Source of the DNA: Rhizobium sp.
GTDB lineage: Bacteria; Pseudomonadota; Alphaproteobacteria; Rhizobiales; Rhizobiaceae
DNA: 64,000 nucleotides
Direction: 5' to 3'
Assembly (NCBI GenBank): GCA_028290545.1
Contig: JAQGJP010000041.1
Coordinates: forward strand, 28,899 to 92,898
Positions 27,488 to 37,522 of the stretch are shown here, one piece after another (position 1 is the stretch's first letter; each line of letters opens with the position of its first letter). A program made the position numbers and the translations under genes. Under the pieces are notes generated by a model, which was not told the origin of the DNA, ran no database searches, and was given only the letters and a program-made list of their open reading frames with translations.

Positions 27488-28263
27488 AGCGGCCACCGAG
27501 CCTGCTGCTCCTTTATGCCTTGCTGTGGGGGGTGTTCCTCTACGCACCTGTTTTGTTGCTGCCGGTGTTCTCGTTCAACGATTCCACCATCGTGGCTTTT
27601 CCGCTGCACGGATTCACGACGCAATGGTACCGCCAGCTTGCCGATTCGCCGGGGCTGATCGCGGCGCTGAAGAACAGCCTGCTGATCGCGGTGATCGTCG
27701 CGCCGGTTACCACCCTGCTTGGGTTGCTCTGCACCTGGGCGGTGGTTCGCTACCGCCCGCCCGGAACCAGGGCGGCGGTCGGCATCATGATGTTGCCGCT
27801 GGTTCTGCCCGGGCTGGTGCTGGCGGTATCGCTGTTCATGCTGGTGATGGCGCTGAAGATCCCGCTCTCGGTGTTCACCATCGGCCTGGGCCATCTCGTC
27901 GTCTGCCTGCCGTTCTCCATCTCGGTGTTGCTGTCGCGGCTTGAAAGCTTCGATCGGAGCCTGGAGGAAGCTTCGCGCGATCTCGGCGAGAACGCCTTCA
28001 CCACATTTTGGCGAATTATCCTGCCAATGGCGGCACCCGGCATCGTTTCGAGCCTGCTGCTGACGTTCACGATCTCGTTCGACGAGTTCGTCGTATCGTT
28101 CTTCCTGGCCGGCACGGAAACCACGTTGCCGGTCTACCTCTGGAGCCAGTTGCGGTTTCCGGCGAAGCTGCCGGTGGTGCTGGCGCTCGGCTCGCTGGTG
28201 CTGCTGGTTTCTTTCGTGATGATTTCCGCCTCGGAAGTGGCGCGGCGCTTCCGCTCGGAGTGA
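27484..28263 (+). CDS. PotC-like ABC permease
   Basis: FSFN, FTTQWY, LEEASRDLG and SFDEF motifs; start ATG 27484. Confidence 0.92.
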   Translation: MKRPPSLLLLYALLWGVFLYAPVLLLPVFSFNDSTIVAFPLHGFTTQWYRQLADSPGLIAALKNSLLIAVIVAPVTTLLGLLCTWAVVRYRPPGTRAAVGIMMLPLVLPGLVLAVSLFMLVMALKIPLSVFTIGLGHLVVCLPFSISVLLSRLESFDRSLEEASRDLGENAFTTFWRIILPMAAPGIVSSLLLTFTISFDEFVVSFFLAGTETTLPVYLWSQLRFPAKLPVVLALGSLVLLVSFVMISASEVARRFRSE

Positions 28264-28333
28264 CCGAACTATCGACAATGGCTGATTTTCCAGGCTATTC
28301 ATCGACCTTGGCAGCGAACGAGTTCGAGAGTGC

Positions 28334-29215
28334 ATGCGTCCTGGTCTGAATCTCAACTGGATCCGAAGTTTCGAGGCTGCGGCACGGCTGCAGAATTTCA
28401 CCGAGGCAGGCCAGGAACTGGGCATGACGCAGGTCGGCGTCAGCCAGCATATCCGGCTGCTGGAAAAGAATCTCGGCGAGTCGCTGTTCCATCGCTTGCC
28501 GCGCGGTGTCAGGCTCACGGATGCCGGCGAAGCCTATCTGCATGTCGTGAGCGAAAGCCTTGACCGGCTTCGCGACGGCACCACCGATATGTTCTCCAAG
28601 CGGCTCAACCAGAAGCTCGTCACCGTGCGTGCGAACATTGCCTTCGCCAATCACTGGCTCGCGCCGCGCCTGTCCTCATTCCAGGCCGCGCATGGCGATA
28701 TCATCGTCCGCGTGCTGGCATCGGTGCACGGTTCCGACATGGTCTGGGAGGGCGTCGACATGGAAATCCGCTACGATCCGGACCATTCGACAGGACTGGA
28801 TGCGACGCTGCTGTTTGAAGATTCGCTGTTTCCGGTCTGCTGTCCCGAGATCGGCGAGCGCCTGAAATCCACCAGCGATCTGCCTGGTGAATATCTGATC
28901 CATGTCATCGGCAATCGCCGGGGATGGAACGAATGGTTCCGCGCCGCCGGCCTGCCCAGCATGAATGGCAGCAGGGAAATCCAGACGGATACGTCGGGCA
29001 TCGCACTATCGATGGCGACAAAGGGCGCCGGCGTCGCGCTGGGTCACCAATCTCTGGTCGGAAAACTGTTGCAGAGCGGCGAACTGGTGCGCCCATTCGA
29101 AACCCAGCTGAAAACCTCAGGTGTCTTCTACCTGATCACCCCATCGGAACGGCCACTCAGCGTGCCCGCACAACAGTTCAAGGCATGGCTTTTGGCCGAA
29201 GGAAAGCTGAGTTGA
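28334..29215 (+). CDS. LysR-family regulator (GcvA-like)
   Basis: FEAAARLQNFTEAGQEL HTH; WLAPRL; GELVRPF. Confidence 0.92.
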   Translation: MRPGLNLNWIRSFEAAARLQNFTEAGQELGMTQVGVSQHIRLLEKNLGESLFHRLPRGVRLTDAGEAYLHVVSESLDRLRDGTTDMFSKRLNQKLVTVRANIAFANHWLAPRLSSFQAAHGDIIVRVLASVHGSDMVWEGVDMEIRYDPDHSTGLDATLLFEDSLFPVCCPEIGERLKSTSDLPGEYLIHVIGNRRGWNEWFRAAGLPSMNGSREIQTDTSGIALSMATKGAGVALGHQSLVGKLLQSGELVRPFETQLKTSGVFYLITPSERPLSVPAQQFKAWLLAEGKLS

Positions 29216-30322
29216 TCATTGCCGTGTCGATCGGCGGTCATCGATAAGAACAGCCATATCCTCCGGATCGTAGCCAAGGCGGATAGTGGAGCCGATGGGA
29301 AACTCGTTGATATCGCTCTTGCTCGACAGGACCGAAAGCGGCTGTTGCAGGCCGTCCACGCCGACAGACATCTGCGTCGACTGGCCGAAATAGGTGCGGC
29401 CGAGCAGGTGGCCGGTGATCTCGAAATCGGCATTCTGACGATCCGACAATACCTGCAGCTTCTCCGGCCGGATGCCGACGGTGACGGTGCTGCCGCTGCT
29501 CGCATGTTCCTCTGGATGTCGCAACGTCAGCATGCCCAATCGTTCGACATCGACGGAGATACGATCGAATGTCCGGCCCGTGATCCTGCCGTTGAGGAAA
29601 TTCATGCCGCCGAGAAAATGCGCCACCATCCGGGTTCGCGGCCGCTGGTAGATGTCCTTCGCGGCTGCCACTTGCGCCACCTGGCCCTCGAACATCACGG
29701 CAATACGGTCAGATAGCGCCATTGCCTCATACTGGTCATGGGTCACGAGCACGAAGGTGATGCCGACCTCCTTCTGCAGCGAGCGCAGTTCGACCTGCAT
29801 TTCCTCGCGCAGGTTCTTGTCGAGGGCGGAAAGCGGCTCGTCCAGCAGCAGCACCTTCGGTTTCAGCACCAGCGCACGCGCCAGGGCGACACGTTGCCGC
29901 TGGCCGCCGGACAGTTCATGGGCCCGTCTCTTGCCCATATGCCCGAGCCGGACCTGTTCGAGAGCCAGGTGAACGCGACGATTTTCCTCGGCATTGCCAA
30001 GTTTCAGCCGGCGCAGGCCATAGGCGACGTTCTGCTCGACATTCAGGTGAGGGAAGATCGCATAGTTCTGGAAAACCATGTTGGTCGGTCGCCGGTTCGG
30101 CGGTTCGCTGATGACCGAGCGCCCGTCGATGCGGATATCGCCGGCGCTCGGCGTCTCGAACCCAGCGATCGCGCGGAGCAATGTCGTCTTGCCGCATCCG
30201 GATGGTCCGAGCAGCGAAAAGAATTCGCCGGGCAGGATATCGAGGGAGACGTCATTGAGCGCGGTATAGATTCCATAGAGCTTGCGGACGCCGTCTATGC
30301 TCACCATCGGGTGTTCGGTCAT
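29216..30322 (-). CDS. PotA-like ABC ATP-binding protein
   Basis: GPSGCGKT, LSGGQRQR, LLDEPL and TOBE-like tail. Confidence 0.93.
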   Translation of the reverse strand: MTEHPMVSIDGVRKLYGIYTALNDVSLDILPGEFFSLLGPSGCGKTTLLRAIAGFETPSAGDIRIDGRSVISEPPNRRPTNMVFQNYAIFPHLNVEQNVAYGLRRLKLGNAEENRRVHLALEQVRLGHMGKRRAHELSGGQRQRVALARALVLKPKVLLLDEPLSALDKNLREEMQVELRSLQKEVGITFVLVTHDQYEAMALSDRIAVMFEGQVAQVAAAKDIYQRPRTRMVAHFLGGMNFLNGRITGRTFDRISVDVERLGMLTLRHPEEHASSGSTVTVGIRPEKLQVLSDRQNADFEITGHLLGRTYFGQSTQMSVGVDGLQQPLSVLSSKSDINEFPIGSTIRLGYDPEDMAVLIDDRRSTRQ

Positions 30323-30420
30323 GCACTCTCTTCCGCATATCCATTGCAGGAACCGACGGAGTTCGACGGTCTATCCGTCATTCTGCTCAAAACGCCCGTT
30401 CCATGCAAGTCCCCGATCGC

Positions 30421-30446
30421 ATATTGATTGAACAGCCATTCAATAT
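30421..30446. promoter_or_regulatory. Imperfect palindrome upstream of the potA-like gene (candidate operator)
   Basis: ATATTGATTG-AACAGC-CATTCAATAT. Confidence 0.4.
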
Positions 30447-30774
30447 AGCGTTCATTCCGATCTGCAAACGTCCGCTGATATTCGTTTTTTGTCTGGGTCC
30501 ATGCCTGGCAGCGTCGGGCCAGCGATACCGACCAGCAGTTGGCGATGACAGCGCGGCGCTCGCCGCGCGGCAGAATTCTGTTTTCGCGGAAAGCGCCTGG
30601 GGTTCGTTCGGTGATGATCCCGATCACCGTGATGTCTGCGCCAGAATGGATGGCATCTTTGTGCCCGGCATTTTCCGGGCCTGGTCAAAGCGGGCGATTG
30701 CGTCTCGGTCGTCGCGATCATGGTTTGACGTTTTGTCGGCGGAGGCTTAATCGCTTCGTCCGAAGCGTCCGGTC

Positions 30775-31728
30775 ATGCGGCGCAATCCGCATTCAGATTG
30801 GTTCCATTCCGTGTCGTCGCCCCAAGCATCCCCCTCCCGAACATCGTCTCTCGAAGCATCGCCCTCCCACAATCGCCTTGCGCTTGTGGCCCTGATCGTC
30901 GGGGGGATTGCCATTGGCGGTTCGCCGATCTTCGTCCGCCTTTCGGAGATCGGGCCGATGGCGACCGGATTCTGGCGGCTGGCACTTGCCATGATACCGT
31001 TGCTGCTGTTTTCGGCAGTCAGAAAAACAGATGATCCGCGTCCGCCTCACGGAATCTCTGATTACGCCCAGCTCATGCTTCCAGGCTTCTTCCTGGCGGC
31101 AGACCTTGCTGCCTGGCATCTCTCCATCCATGTGACAACGGTTGCCAATGCGACGCTGCTGGCCAATCTTGCTCCGGTTTTCGTTGCCTTGATCGGTTGG
31201 CTCTTCCTACATGCGGCGATCACACGGGCCTTTGCCATCGGCCTCGCCATTGCCATTGCGGGCATCGTCATCCTCAAGGGCGGAGTGGGCAATCTCCTGA
31301 ATGGGGATGTGCTCGGCGATGCCCTGGCAGTGACAGCCGCTCTGTTTTATGCCGGATATATTCTCACGGTCGGCCGGCTGCGTGGCCGTTTCGACACGTT
31401 GCGGGTGATGCTCTGGAGCACCGCGTCGGCGGCGATCCTCATCCTGCCGGCGGTGTTTTACATGCAGGAGTCCCTGCTGCCCCAAACGCTGTTCGGCTGG
31501 GCCATGGTTATCGGTCTTGCGCTTGTCAGCCATGTCGGCGGGCAGGCTGCGATCACCTATGCGCTTGCCTATCTGCCGCCGGCATTTTCGTCGCTGACTT
31601 TGCTCCTCCAGCCGGTCGTGGCCGCAATTCTCGGTCTTGCGGTGCTGGGTGAAGCGATCGGCATTCAGCAGGCGATTGGGGGCGCGATTGTGCTCGCCGG
31701 GATAATGTACGCCCGCTATAAGTCCTGA
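30775..31728 (+). CDS. DMT/EamA-family transporter (start possibly GTG 30811)
   Basis: About 10 TM segments in two EamA repeats; SPIFVR and LLQPV motifs. Confidence 0.88.
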   Translation: MRRNPHSDWFHSVSSPQASPSRTSSLEASPSHNRLALVALIVGGIAIGGSPIFVRLSEIGPMATGFWRLALAMIPLLLFSAVRKTDDPRPPHGISDYAQLMLPGFFLAADLAAWHLSIHVTTVANATLLANLAPVFVALIGWLFLHAAITRAFAIGLAIAIAGIVILKGGVGNLLNGDVLGDALAVTAALFYAGYILTVGRLRGRFDTLRVMLWSTASAAILILPAVFYMQESLLPQTLFGWAMVIGLALVSHVGGQAAITYALAYLPPAFSSLTLLLQPVVAAILGLAVLGEAIGIQQAIGGAIVLAGIMYARYKS

Positions 31729-31749
31729 CTATGCCGCTTGGTCTGTCGG

Positions 31750-33255
31750 TCAGCGCTTCAGCGACAGGCCGATGCCGGCGGTGAAGACGTCGGACTGTGC
31801 CGTGCCGGGCTGGGTGGTTTTCTCCCAGGCAATATCGGCATTGAAATCGATCGATCGCGAAATGCCCCAGGTGACGCCGGCTCCGAGATCGTACACTTTC
31901 TGGTTGGGTTGCGTCGACAAGGAGTAATCCCGCCACGTGGTCGAGGCCGTCAGCCGCCCCTTCAGCGTATCGATGATCGCCTGCGTCAGGGCGGCATTGG
32001 CGGTATAGGCCACGTCGCCGCTGGCACCGGCTGTCGTCGAAGGCTCTATCTCGGTTTTCAGGCCGAGTTCGACATCGGTTCCGCGCTGCGGTGACCAGGT
32101 GGCATTGCCGTCGAACGTGATGGCGGAAATGGCCTTCAGGCGCGAATCGTCGAATTCGGCAAGCGCATAGCCGGTCGAAATCTCGCCGCGCAGCTTCTCG
32201 CCGAAATCGCCCTCGAGGCCGGTCTTGAGCGCGTAGAGCTGCGCATCCCGGATGTATCCGAGCGTATCCTTGTGCTGATCATAGATCGTCCGGCCGTAGG
32301 ATCCTTCGAGGAAGGGGATCAGGGCCGGCGACAGTTCATACCCAAGGCGGCCACGCAGGATCGCGGTATTTTCGTTGCGATCTTTCTGCGAGACGAACTT
32401 GCCGGTGTCGAGCTGAGCGTCGCCATAGGTTTCACGACTGAAATCGATGCCGGCGGTGCCGCGGATCAGGCCGAGATCGTGGGTCAGTTCGGCGCTTGCG
32501 GTATAAGTGGAGACCTGCGCCTGATTGGTGGCATTCGCAATGGCGTTGGCGGCGCTGATATCCTCGCGCTGCAGCGAATAGCCGGCTTTCAGATTGGCCT
32601 TGGTGGCCTCGGTAATGTCGAGCCTGAGCGCAGCCTCGATCTTGCCTTCGGGTTCGTCCTCGGGAATGCCGCTCAGCGTCTTCTGCCAGGTACCTTCCGT
32701 GTCGACCTTCAACTGGTGCAGCGACCAGTCCGAAACCAGCGAACCCTTGAAGCCGGTCTGCAGGTAGCTGCGGGTCGTCACATCGTCACCGGTGCGAGTC
32801 CGTTCGATGCCTACCGTTTCCGAAATAGAGGGCCGGAGCGTGAATGAACCAACGGCGACGCCCGGCGTCAGTTCGTCGTCCTCCACTTTCTTCGGATCGA
32901 GGCTGTCGATTGCTTCCTCGCGCGGATTCTGACGCCGCAGCTCCTTCAGGGTCGCGGTATCGAGCGCGGCGTTCTTGTCCTCGTCGGGATTGGCATCAGG
33001 GTCGGCCGTCGTCGCGGTGTCCGGATCCGACACCTGGTCCTGCTCGGTCGTGTCGTTGCTGTCGGTCGAATTCCTGTTGCCGGAATTCCGGTCGCTGGTG
33101 CTGGAAGGAAGGTCCAGGCGCAACCGGCTGTCGGCATCATCGGGTGGTGAAAGTGCCGACTGCGCCCATGCGGTGCCCGCCGAAAGATGAACCGCCAGCA
33201 GGGCCGCCGGCAGGCATCTCAGGGCAAGATTTGCAGTGGAGTAACGGGGTTTCAT
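31750..33255 (-). CDS. Outer-membrane beta-barrel protein (BBP2-like) with acidic disordered N-terminus
   Basis: Signal peptide AWA-Q; amphipathic beta-strand pattern; C-terminal strand AGIGLSLKR. Confidence 0.75.
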   Translation of the reverse strand: MKPRYSTANLALRCLPAALLAVHLSAGTAWAQSALSPPDDADSRLRLDLPSSTSDRNSGNRNSTDSNDTTEQDQVSDPDTATTADPDANPDEDKNAALDTATLKELRRQNPREEAIDSLDPKKVEDDELTPGVAVGSFTLRPSISETVGIERTRTGDDVTTRSYLQTGFKGSLVSDWSLHQLKVDTEGTWQKTLSGIPEDEPEGKIEAALRLDITEATKANLKAGYSLQREDISAANAIANATNQAQVSTYTASAELTHDLGLIRGTAGIDFSRETYGDAQLDTGKFVSQKDRNENTAILRGRLGYELSPALIPFLEGSYGRTIYDQHKDTLGYIRDAQLYALKTGLEGDFGEKLRGEISTGYALAEFDDSRLKAISAITFDGNATWSPQRGTDVELGLKTEIEPSTTAGASGDVAYTANAALTQAIIDTLKGRLTASTTWRDYSLSTQPNQKVYDLGAGVTWGISRSIDFNADIAWEKTTQPGTAQSDVFTAGIGLSLKR

Positions 33256-33393
33256 GCGTGCGCCGACCGGACATTGACGTTTTCAAATCATTACCTATTG
33301 GTAAAGGAGCAAGGTTAATCAATCGTTTCCGCCGATGTCGGGTGGTCATAAATCCGGCAAATTCTTCTGGCGAAAGCAGACATTGTCGGGGAA

Positions 33394-34116
33394 ATGAAGC
33401 GGATGGGGATGCGCCGGTTCTTCAGAGGGGTTGTCTACGGCGTCTGTGTCGTCGTCGTGTTCGTTTCAACGCTTTGGCTTGCGACGATCGGCTGGGGCGA
33501 TGCGGCGCTTTATCCGCCCGTCGCCGGCACGGCGACGGTAGAGGTCGCGCTTGCCGATCACGGCGTGCATGCGGGACTGATCATCGGCATGGACGATCTC
33601 GACCGTATGTCGCTTGAGCTCAAGGATCCCGTGCTCATCGCGCTGCATACGCGCTTTGCCGCCTATCGTTTCCTGGAAATCGGCTGGGGCGACGAGCAGT
33701 TCTACCGTTTTGCGCCAGCGCTTTCCGACGTGTCGGTCGGAATGGCGTTTAACGCGCTTTCGGGATGGAACGGCAAGTCGGTGCTGCATGTCGTGGGTCT
33801 CGACCAGGATGCAAAGGCGACGTTCAAGCATTCGGACGTGCAGGTCATCCGCCTCTCGAAGGAGGGGTTCCGGAAGCTGATCAAGGGGATTTCCGGGACG
33901 TTCGCGGCCGACCCCTATGCGCAACCGATGGAACTCGGCAAGGGTCTGTATGGACCGAGCCTGTTCTACCGCGCCGCCGGCCACTATAGTGTCATCCGCA
34001 CCTGCAATGTCTGGCTTGGCGGATTGCTGGCATCGGCCGGGATGAAAGTGTCGCCGGTCCCTTCGGTCACGTCGATGGGGCTGTTAACCGAAATCCGCTG
34101 GCGAAATGCGCTTTAG
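33394..34116 (+). CDS. DUF2459/TIGR02117-like protein
   Basis: HGVHAGL, EIGWGD, FYRAAGHY and TCNVW motifs; N-terminal TM. Confidence 0.75.
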   Translation: MKRMGMRRFFRGVVYGVCVVVVFVSTLWLATIGWGDAALYPPVAGTATVEVALADHGVHAGLIIGMDDLDRMSLELKDPVLIALHTRFAAYRFLEIGWGDEQFYRFAPALSDVSVGMAFNALSGWNGKSVLHVVGLDQDAKATFKHSDVQVIRLSKEGFRKLIKGISGTFAADPYAQPMELGKGLYGPSLFYRAAGHYSVIRTCNVWLGGLLASAGMKVSPVPSVTSMGLLTEIRWRNAL

Positions 34117-34186
34117 ACATCGGAATTCAAACGATTGAGGGATTTTCCTCTCTGGACAAGGCAAAAAGAAGGAGTAAATCGACCGG

Positions 34187-35182
34187 ATGACGGAAAATGT
34201 TTACAAACTGCCCGATAGCGATGCGGCCCGTTCGGCCATCCGCACCATCAAGGCTGAAAAGTCCGGTCTTGCGGATCTGGAACGGGCGCTCGGCAACGGA
34301 CTTTCAAAGCCGTTCGAAGAGGCGGTGCAGCGGATCGTGACGCTGGCGGGCCGGGTCGTGGTCACCGGCATCGGCAAGAGCGGCCATGTCGGCACCAAGA
34401 TTGCCGCCACTTTGGCATCGACCGGTACGCCGGCCTTCTTCGTGCATCCGGTCGAGGCCAATCACGGCGATCTCGGCATGGTGACGCCACGGGATGCGAT
34501 CATCGCGCTCTCCTGGAGCGGCGAGACCACCGAATTGCAGGGCATCGTCGCCTATTCAAGGCGTTTTTCCATTCCGCTGATTGCAATTACCTCCGGCGAG
34601 AATTCGACGCTGGCGCGCGAAGCAGACATCGTCCTTTGCCTGCCGAAATCGCAGGAAGCCTGTCCGCATGGGCTGGCGCCCACGACATCGGCGCTCATGA
34701 CGCTTGCCATGGGTGATGCGCTGGCCGTCGCCCTGCTCGAAGCGCGGGGCTTCACGGCTGTCGATTTCAAGACTTTCCACCCCGGCGGCAAACTCGGGGC
34801 AACGCTTGCCCATGTCGGCGACGTCATGCATGGCGGCGAAAGCGTGCCTGTGGTGCGGCTCGGAACGAAAGTGCCGGATGCTGTCATGACGTTGTCGCAG
34901 AAGCGGTTCGGTTGCGTTGGTGTGGTCGACGAAAGCGGCGTGCTCGCCGGCATCGTCACAGATGGCGATATCGCCCGCCGCCTTGGCAGGAACCTCGTCG
35001 AGATGACTGTCGAGGAGATCATGACGAAAAACCCCAAGACCGTGCGCGAAAACACACTGGCAACAAGTGCGATGGGACTTCTGAACCTCTACAATATCTC
35101 GGCGCTGCTCGTCACAGACGACGAAAACCGGCCGACCGGCATCGTGCATTTCCACGACCTGCTGCGGATCGGCGTGGCGTAG
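34187..35182 (+). CDS. kdsD: KpsF/GutQ-family arabinose-5-phosphate isomerase
   Basis: GIGKSGH, ASTGTP, HGDLG, APTTS and FHPGGKLG motifs; CBS pair. Confidence 0.92.
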   Translation: MTENVYKLPDSDAARSAIRTIKAEKSGLADLERALGNGLSKPFEEAVQRIVTLAGRVVVTGIGKSGHVGTKIAATLASTGTPAFFVHPVEANHGDLGMVTPRDAIIALSWSGETTELQGIVAYSRRFSIPLIAITSGENSTLAREADIVLCLPKSQEACPHGLAPTTSALMTLAMGDALAVALLEARGFTAVDFKTFHPGGKLGATLAHVGDVMHGGESVPVVRLGTKVPDAVMTLSQKRFGCVGVVDESGVLAGIVTDGDIARRLGRNLVEMTVEEIMTKNPKTVRENTLATSAMGLLNLYNISALLVTDDENRPTGIVHFHDLLRIGVA

Positions 35183-35194
35183 CCGCTGCCCGCT

Positions 35195-35911
35195 CTATGG
35201 TTTCACCTGAACCTGGATCTGGTTTTTCAGATAACCCATGCTGAAATCGTGGACGATTTCCGATGAGAAAGCGTCGGACTGCCCCGGTCCCCGGAGGGCG
35301 ATCCGCATCGGCTGGCCATTGAGGCTGATCGAAGCGCGGTAGGTGGCGAAGGGGATGCCGGTGACGACAAGACCCTCGCCGGATGAGCGCACCGTCTTCA
35401 CGAATGTCTCGCCGGTTTCGGTGTTCACCAGCGTGACCTTGGCGCCGCTCAGATCGGTGTAATCCATGATGGCATTGCTGACGACGAAGATGCCGGCATT
35501 GCCATAGGGCTGGTCACCGGAGCTTTCGACCACGCCAGCGGTGAAATTCCGGACCGTGTCGGCATTGCCGGCGAAGGTGGCGGTGTCATCAGCCGTCAGA
35601 TCGATATTGACCTGCTGGCCGGCATTGGTGACCAGCTGATAGGCGTTGGCGGAATATTCGCCCGGCGGCATGCCGTCCGTCGAGATCATGTATCGGCCGT
35701 CCGCATCCGTCACCGCTTCGCTCTTGATGCTCTCGCCGCTGTTGTTCAGCTGGTCGGCAGTATACGTCTGGTAGACGACCTCGACATGCACATCGGCCAG
35801 CGGCGCGCCATTCCGATCCGTGACCTGACCACTGACCGAACCTGCCAAGGCACTCGCAGCGCAAGCGGAGAACATCGCTGCCGCTAAGGCAAGCGTCCTG
35901 ATTGCAAACAT
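35195..35911 (-). CDS. Secreted protein with carboxypeptidase-regulatory-like beta-sandwich domains
   Basis: Signal peptide; GSVSGQVTDRNGAPL...TDADGRY...PPGEY pattern; GGAG RBS. Confidence 0.7.
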   Translation of the reverse strand: MFAIRTLALAAAMFSACAASALAGSVSGQVTDRNGAPLADVHVEVVYQTYTADQLNNSGESIKSEAVTDADGRYMISTDGMPPGEYSANAYQLVTNAGQQVNIDLTADDTATFAGNADTVRNFTAGVVESSGDQPYGNAGIFVVSNAIMDYTDLSGAKVTLVNTETGETFVKTVRSSGEGLVVTGIPFATYRASISLNGQPMRIALRGPGQSDAFSSEIVHDFSMGYLKNQIQVQVKP

Positions 35912-35935
35912 GATCTGCTCCTGGATCTATAAGTT

Positions 35936-36394
35936 TTAGAGCGCTTCGACCTTGAGATCGCTGCCCTGGCTGCCGACGACCTTGACCTTGGCGCCGGCTG
36001 GCAGGTCTGGCCCATTGACGATCCAGACCGTATCGCCGATCCGCACGCGGCCATGACCGTTGATGATCGGATCCATAAGGTCAGCCGTGCGGCCGATCAG
36101 GCTGGCGCCTCGCTGGTTGAGCAATGGCTCTTCCGAGGTCGCATTCGAGCGGATCAGCCAGCGGCGGCCGACAAAAACGCTGATCACCGAAAGCACGGCA
36201 AACAGCAGCCATTGCAGTTCCCAGATCCACCAAGTCGTCTCCCAGAGAAGCAGGGAGACGGCGCCGGTGGCGACGCCGGCAAGACCGACCCAGATCAGGA
36301 CATTGCCCGGCACGATGATTTCGGCGCCAAGCAGCACCATGCCGAAAATCAGCCAGCTCCAGGCGCCGAATTCCCGGATCATGTTGACGATCAT
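35936..36394 (-). CDS. NfeD-family membrane protein (YbbJ-like)
   Basis: Three TM segments plus OB-fold LNQRG...[10 protein letters not shown]. Confidence 0.9.
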   Translation of the reverse strand: MIVNMIREFGAWSWLIFGMVLLGAEIIVPGNVLIWVGLAGVATGAVSLLLWETTWWIWELQWLLFAVLSVISVFVGRRWLIRSNATSEEPLLNQRGASLIGRTADLMDPIINGHGRVRIGDTVWIVNGPDLPAGAKVKVVGSQGSDLKVEAL

Positions 36395-37425
36395 GTCTCG
36401 TCGCTCCGGAATGTGGTTGCCGAGGCGAAGGGGTTCGGATTGGCATTGGTAACGATGGGGGTAGAGCGGGCGCTGCGTGTCGGCGTTGGTGTCGTGCCGC
36501 CATTGTCGCCGAACACTTCCTTGGCGATGGCGCCGATACCGCCGAGCGAGCCGATCAGCGAAGCGGCTTCCATCGGCATCAGCACGATCTTCGAATTGTT
36601 GGCCGATCCGATCGAAATCAGTGCTTCGGTATATTTCTGTGCGACGAAGTAGTTGATTGCCTGCACGCTGCCGGCGGCGATGGCCTGCGAAACCATCGTG
36701 GTCGCCTTGGCTTCGGCCTCGGCCAGTCGCTCACGGCCCTCTGCCTCGCGGAACGACGCTTCCCGATCGCCTTCGGCCTTGAGAATGGCAGCCTGCTTGG
36801 CGCCTTCGGCCTTGAGGATCTGCGAGTTGCGAAGACCCTCGGCCTCCAATATCTGCGCGCGCTTTTCGCGTTCAGCCTTCATCTGCCGGGCCATGGAATC
36901 CAGAAGGTTCTGCGGCGGGGTGATATCCTTGATCTCGACGCGGGTGATCTTGATGCCCCAGGGATTGGCGGCTTCATCGACGGTCTTCAGCAGTTTTTCG
37001 TTGATCGTGTCGCGGTTGGACAACAGTTCGTCAAGGTCCATCGAACCCATGACCGAACGAATATTGGTCATGGTCAGGTTGAGCAGCGCCTGGTTGAGAT
37101 TGGAGATCTGGTAGGCGGCCTGCGCGGCATTGAGAATCTGATAGAAGGCGACGGCATCGGCCTTGACGCTGGCATTGTCCCTGGTGATGACTTCCTGCGT
37201 CGGCACATCCAGCACCTGTTCCATGACGTTGAGCTTGGCGCCGACCGTGTCGATGAACGGGATAATCAGGTTGAGGCCGGGGTGCAGCGTGCGGGTATAT
37301 CTCTTGAAGCGTTCGACCGTGTAGTTATAACCCTGCGGCACCGTTTTGATGCCGGCGAAAATCGTTAGAATGACAAAAACGACGACGGCAATGACGGCAT
37401 AATCCATGCCGGACAGAGATTCCAT
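36391..37425 (-). CDS. SPFH/band-7 protein (QmcA-like)
   Basis: [27 protein letters not shown] and [10 protein letters not shown] motifs; start ATG 37425. Confidence 0.93.
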   Translation of the reverse strand: MESLSGMDYAVIAVVVFVILTIFAGIKTVPQGYNYTVERFKRYTRTLHPGLNLIIPFIDTVGAKLNVMEQVLDVPTQEVITRDNASVKADAVAFYQILNAAQAAYQISNLNQALLNLTMTNIRSVMGSMDLDELLSNRDTINEKLLKTVDEAANPWGIKITRVEIKDITPPQNLLDSMARQMKAEREKRAQILEAEGLRNSQILKAEGAKQAAILKAEGDREASFREAEGRERLAEAEAKATTMVSQAIAAGSVQAINYFVAQKYTEALISIGSANNSKIVLMPMEAASLIGSLGGIGAIAKEVFGDNGGTTPTPTRSARSTPIVTNANPNPFASATTFRSDET

Positions 37426-37522
37426 TTTTCGCGCTCCCTCTTTGCGAAATTCGTGCATATTCCTAGCATAGAACGTTGGAGCAAGCCGGATTATTTGCAA
37501 CAGGAAGGCTTCTATCCCGCTT

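Noticed and set aside
30319-30750. Short ORFs in the potA-EamA intergenic gap
   Set aside because: No motifs or convincing RBS; more likely a junction region
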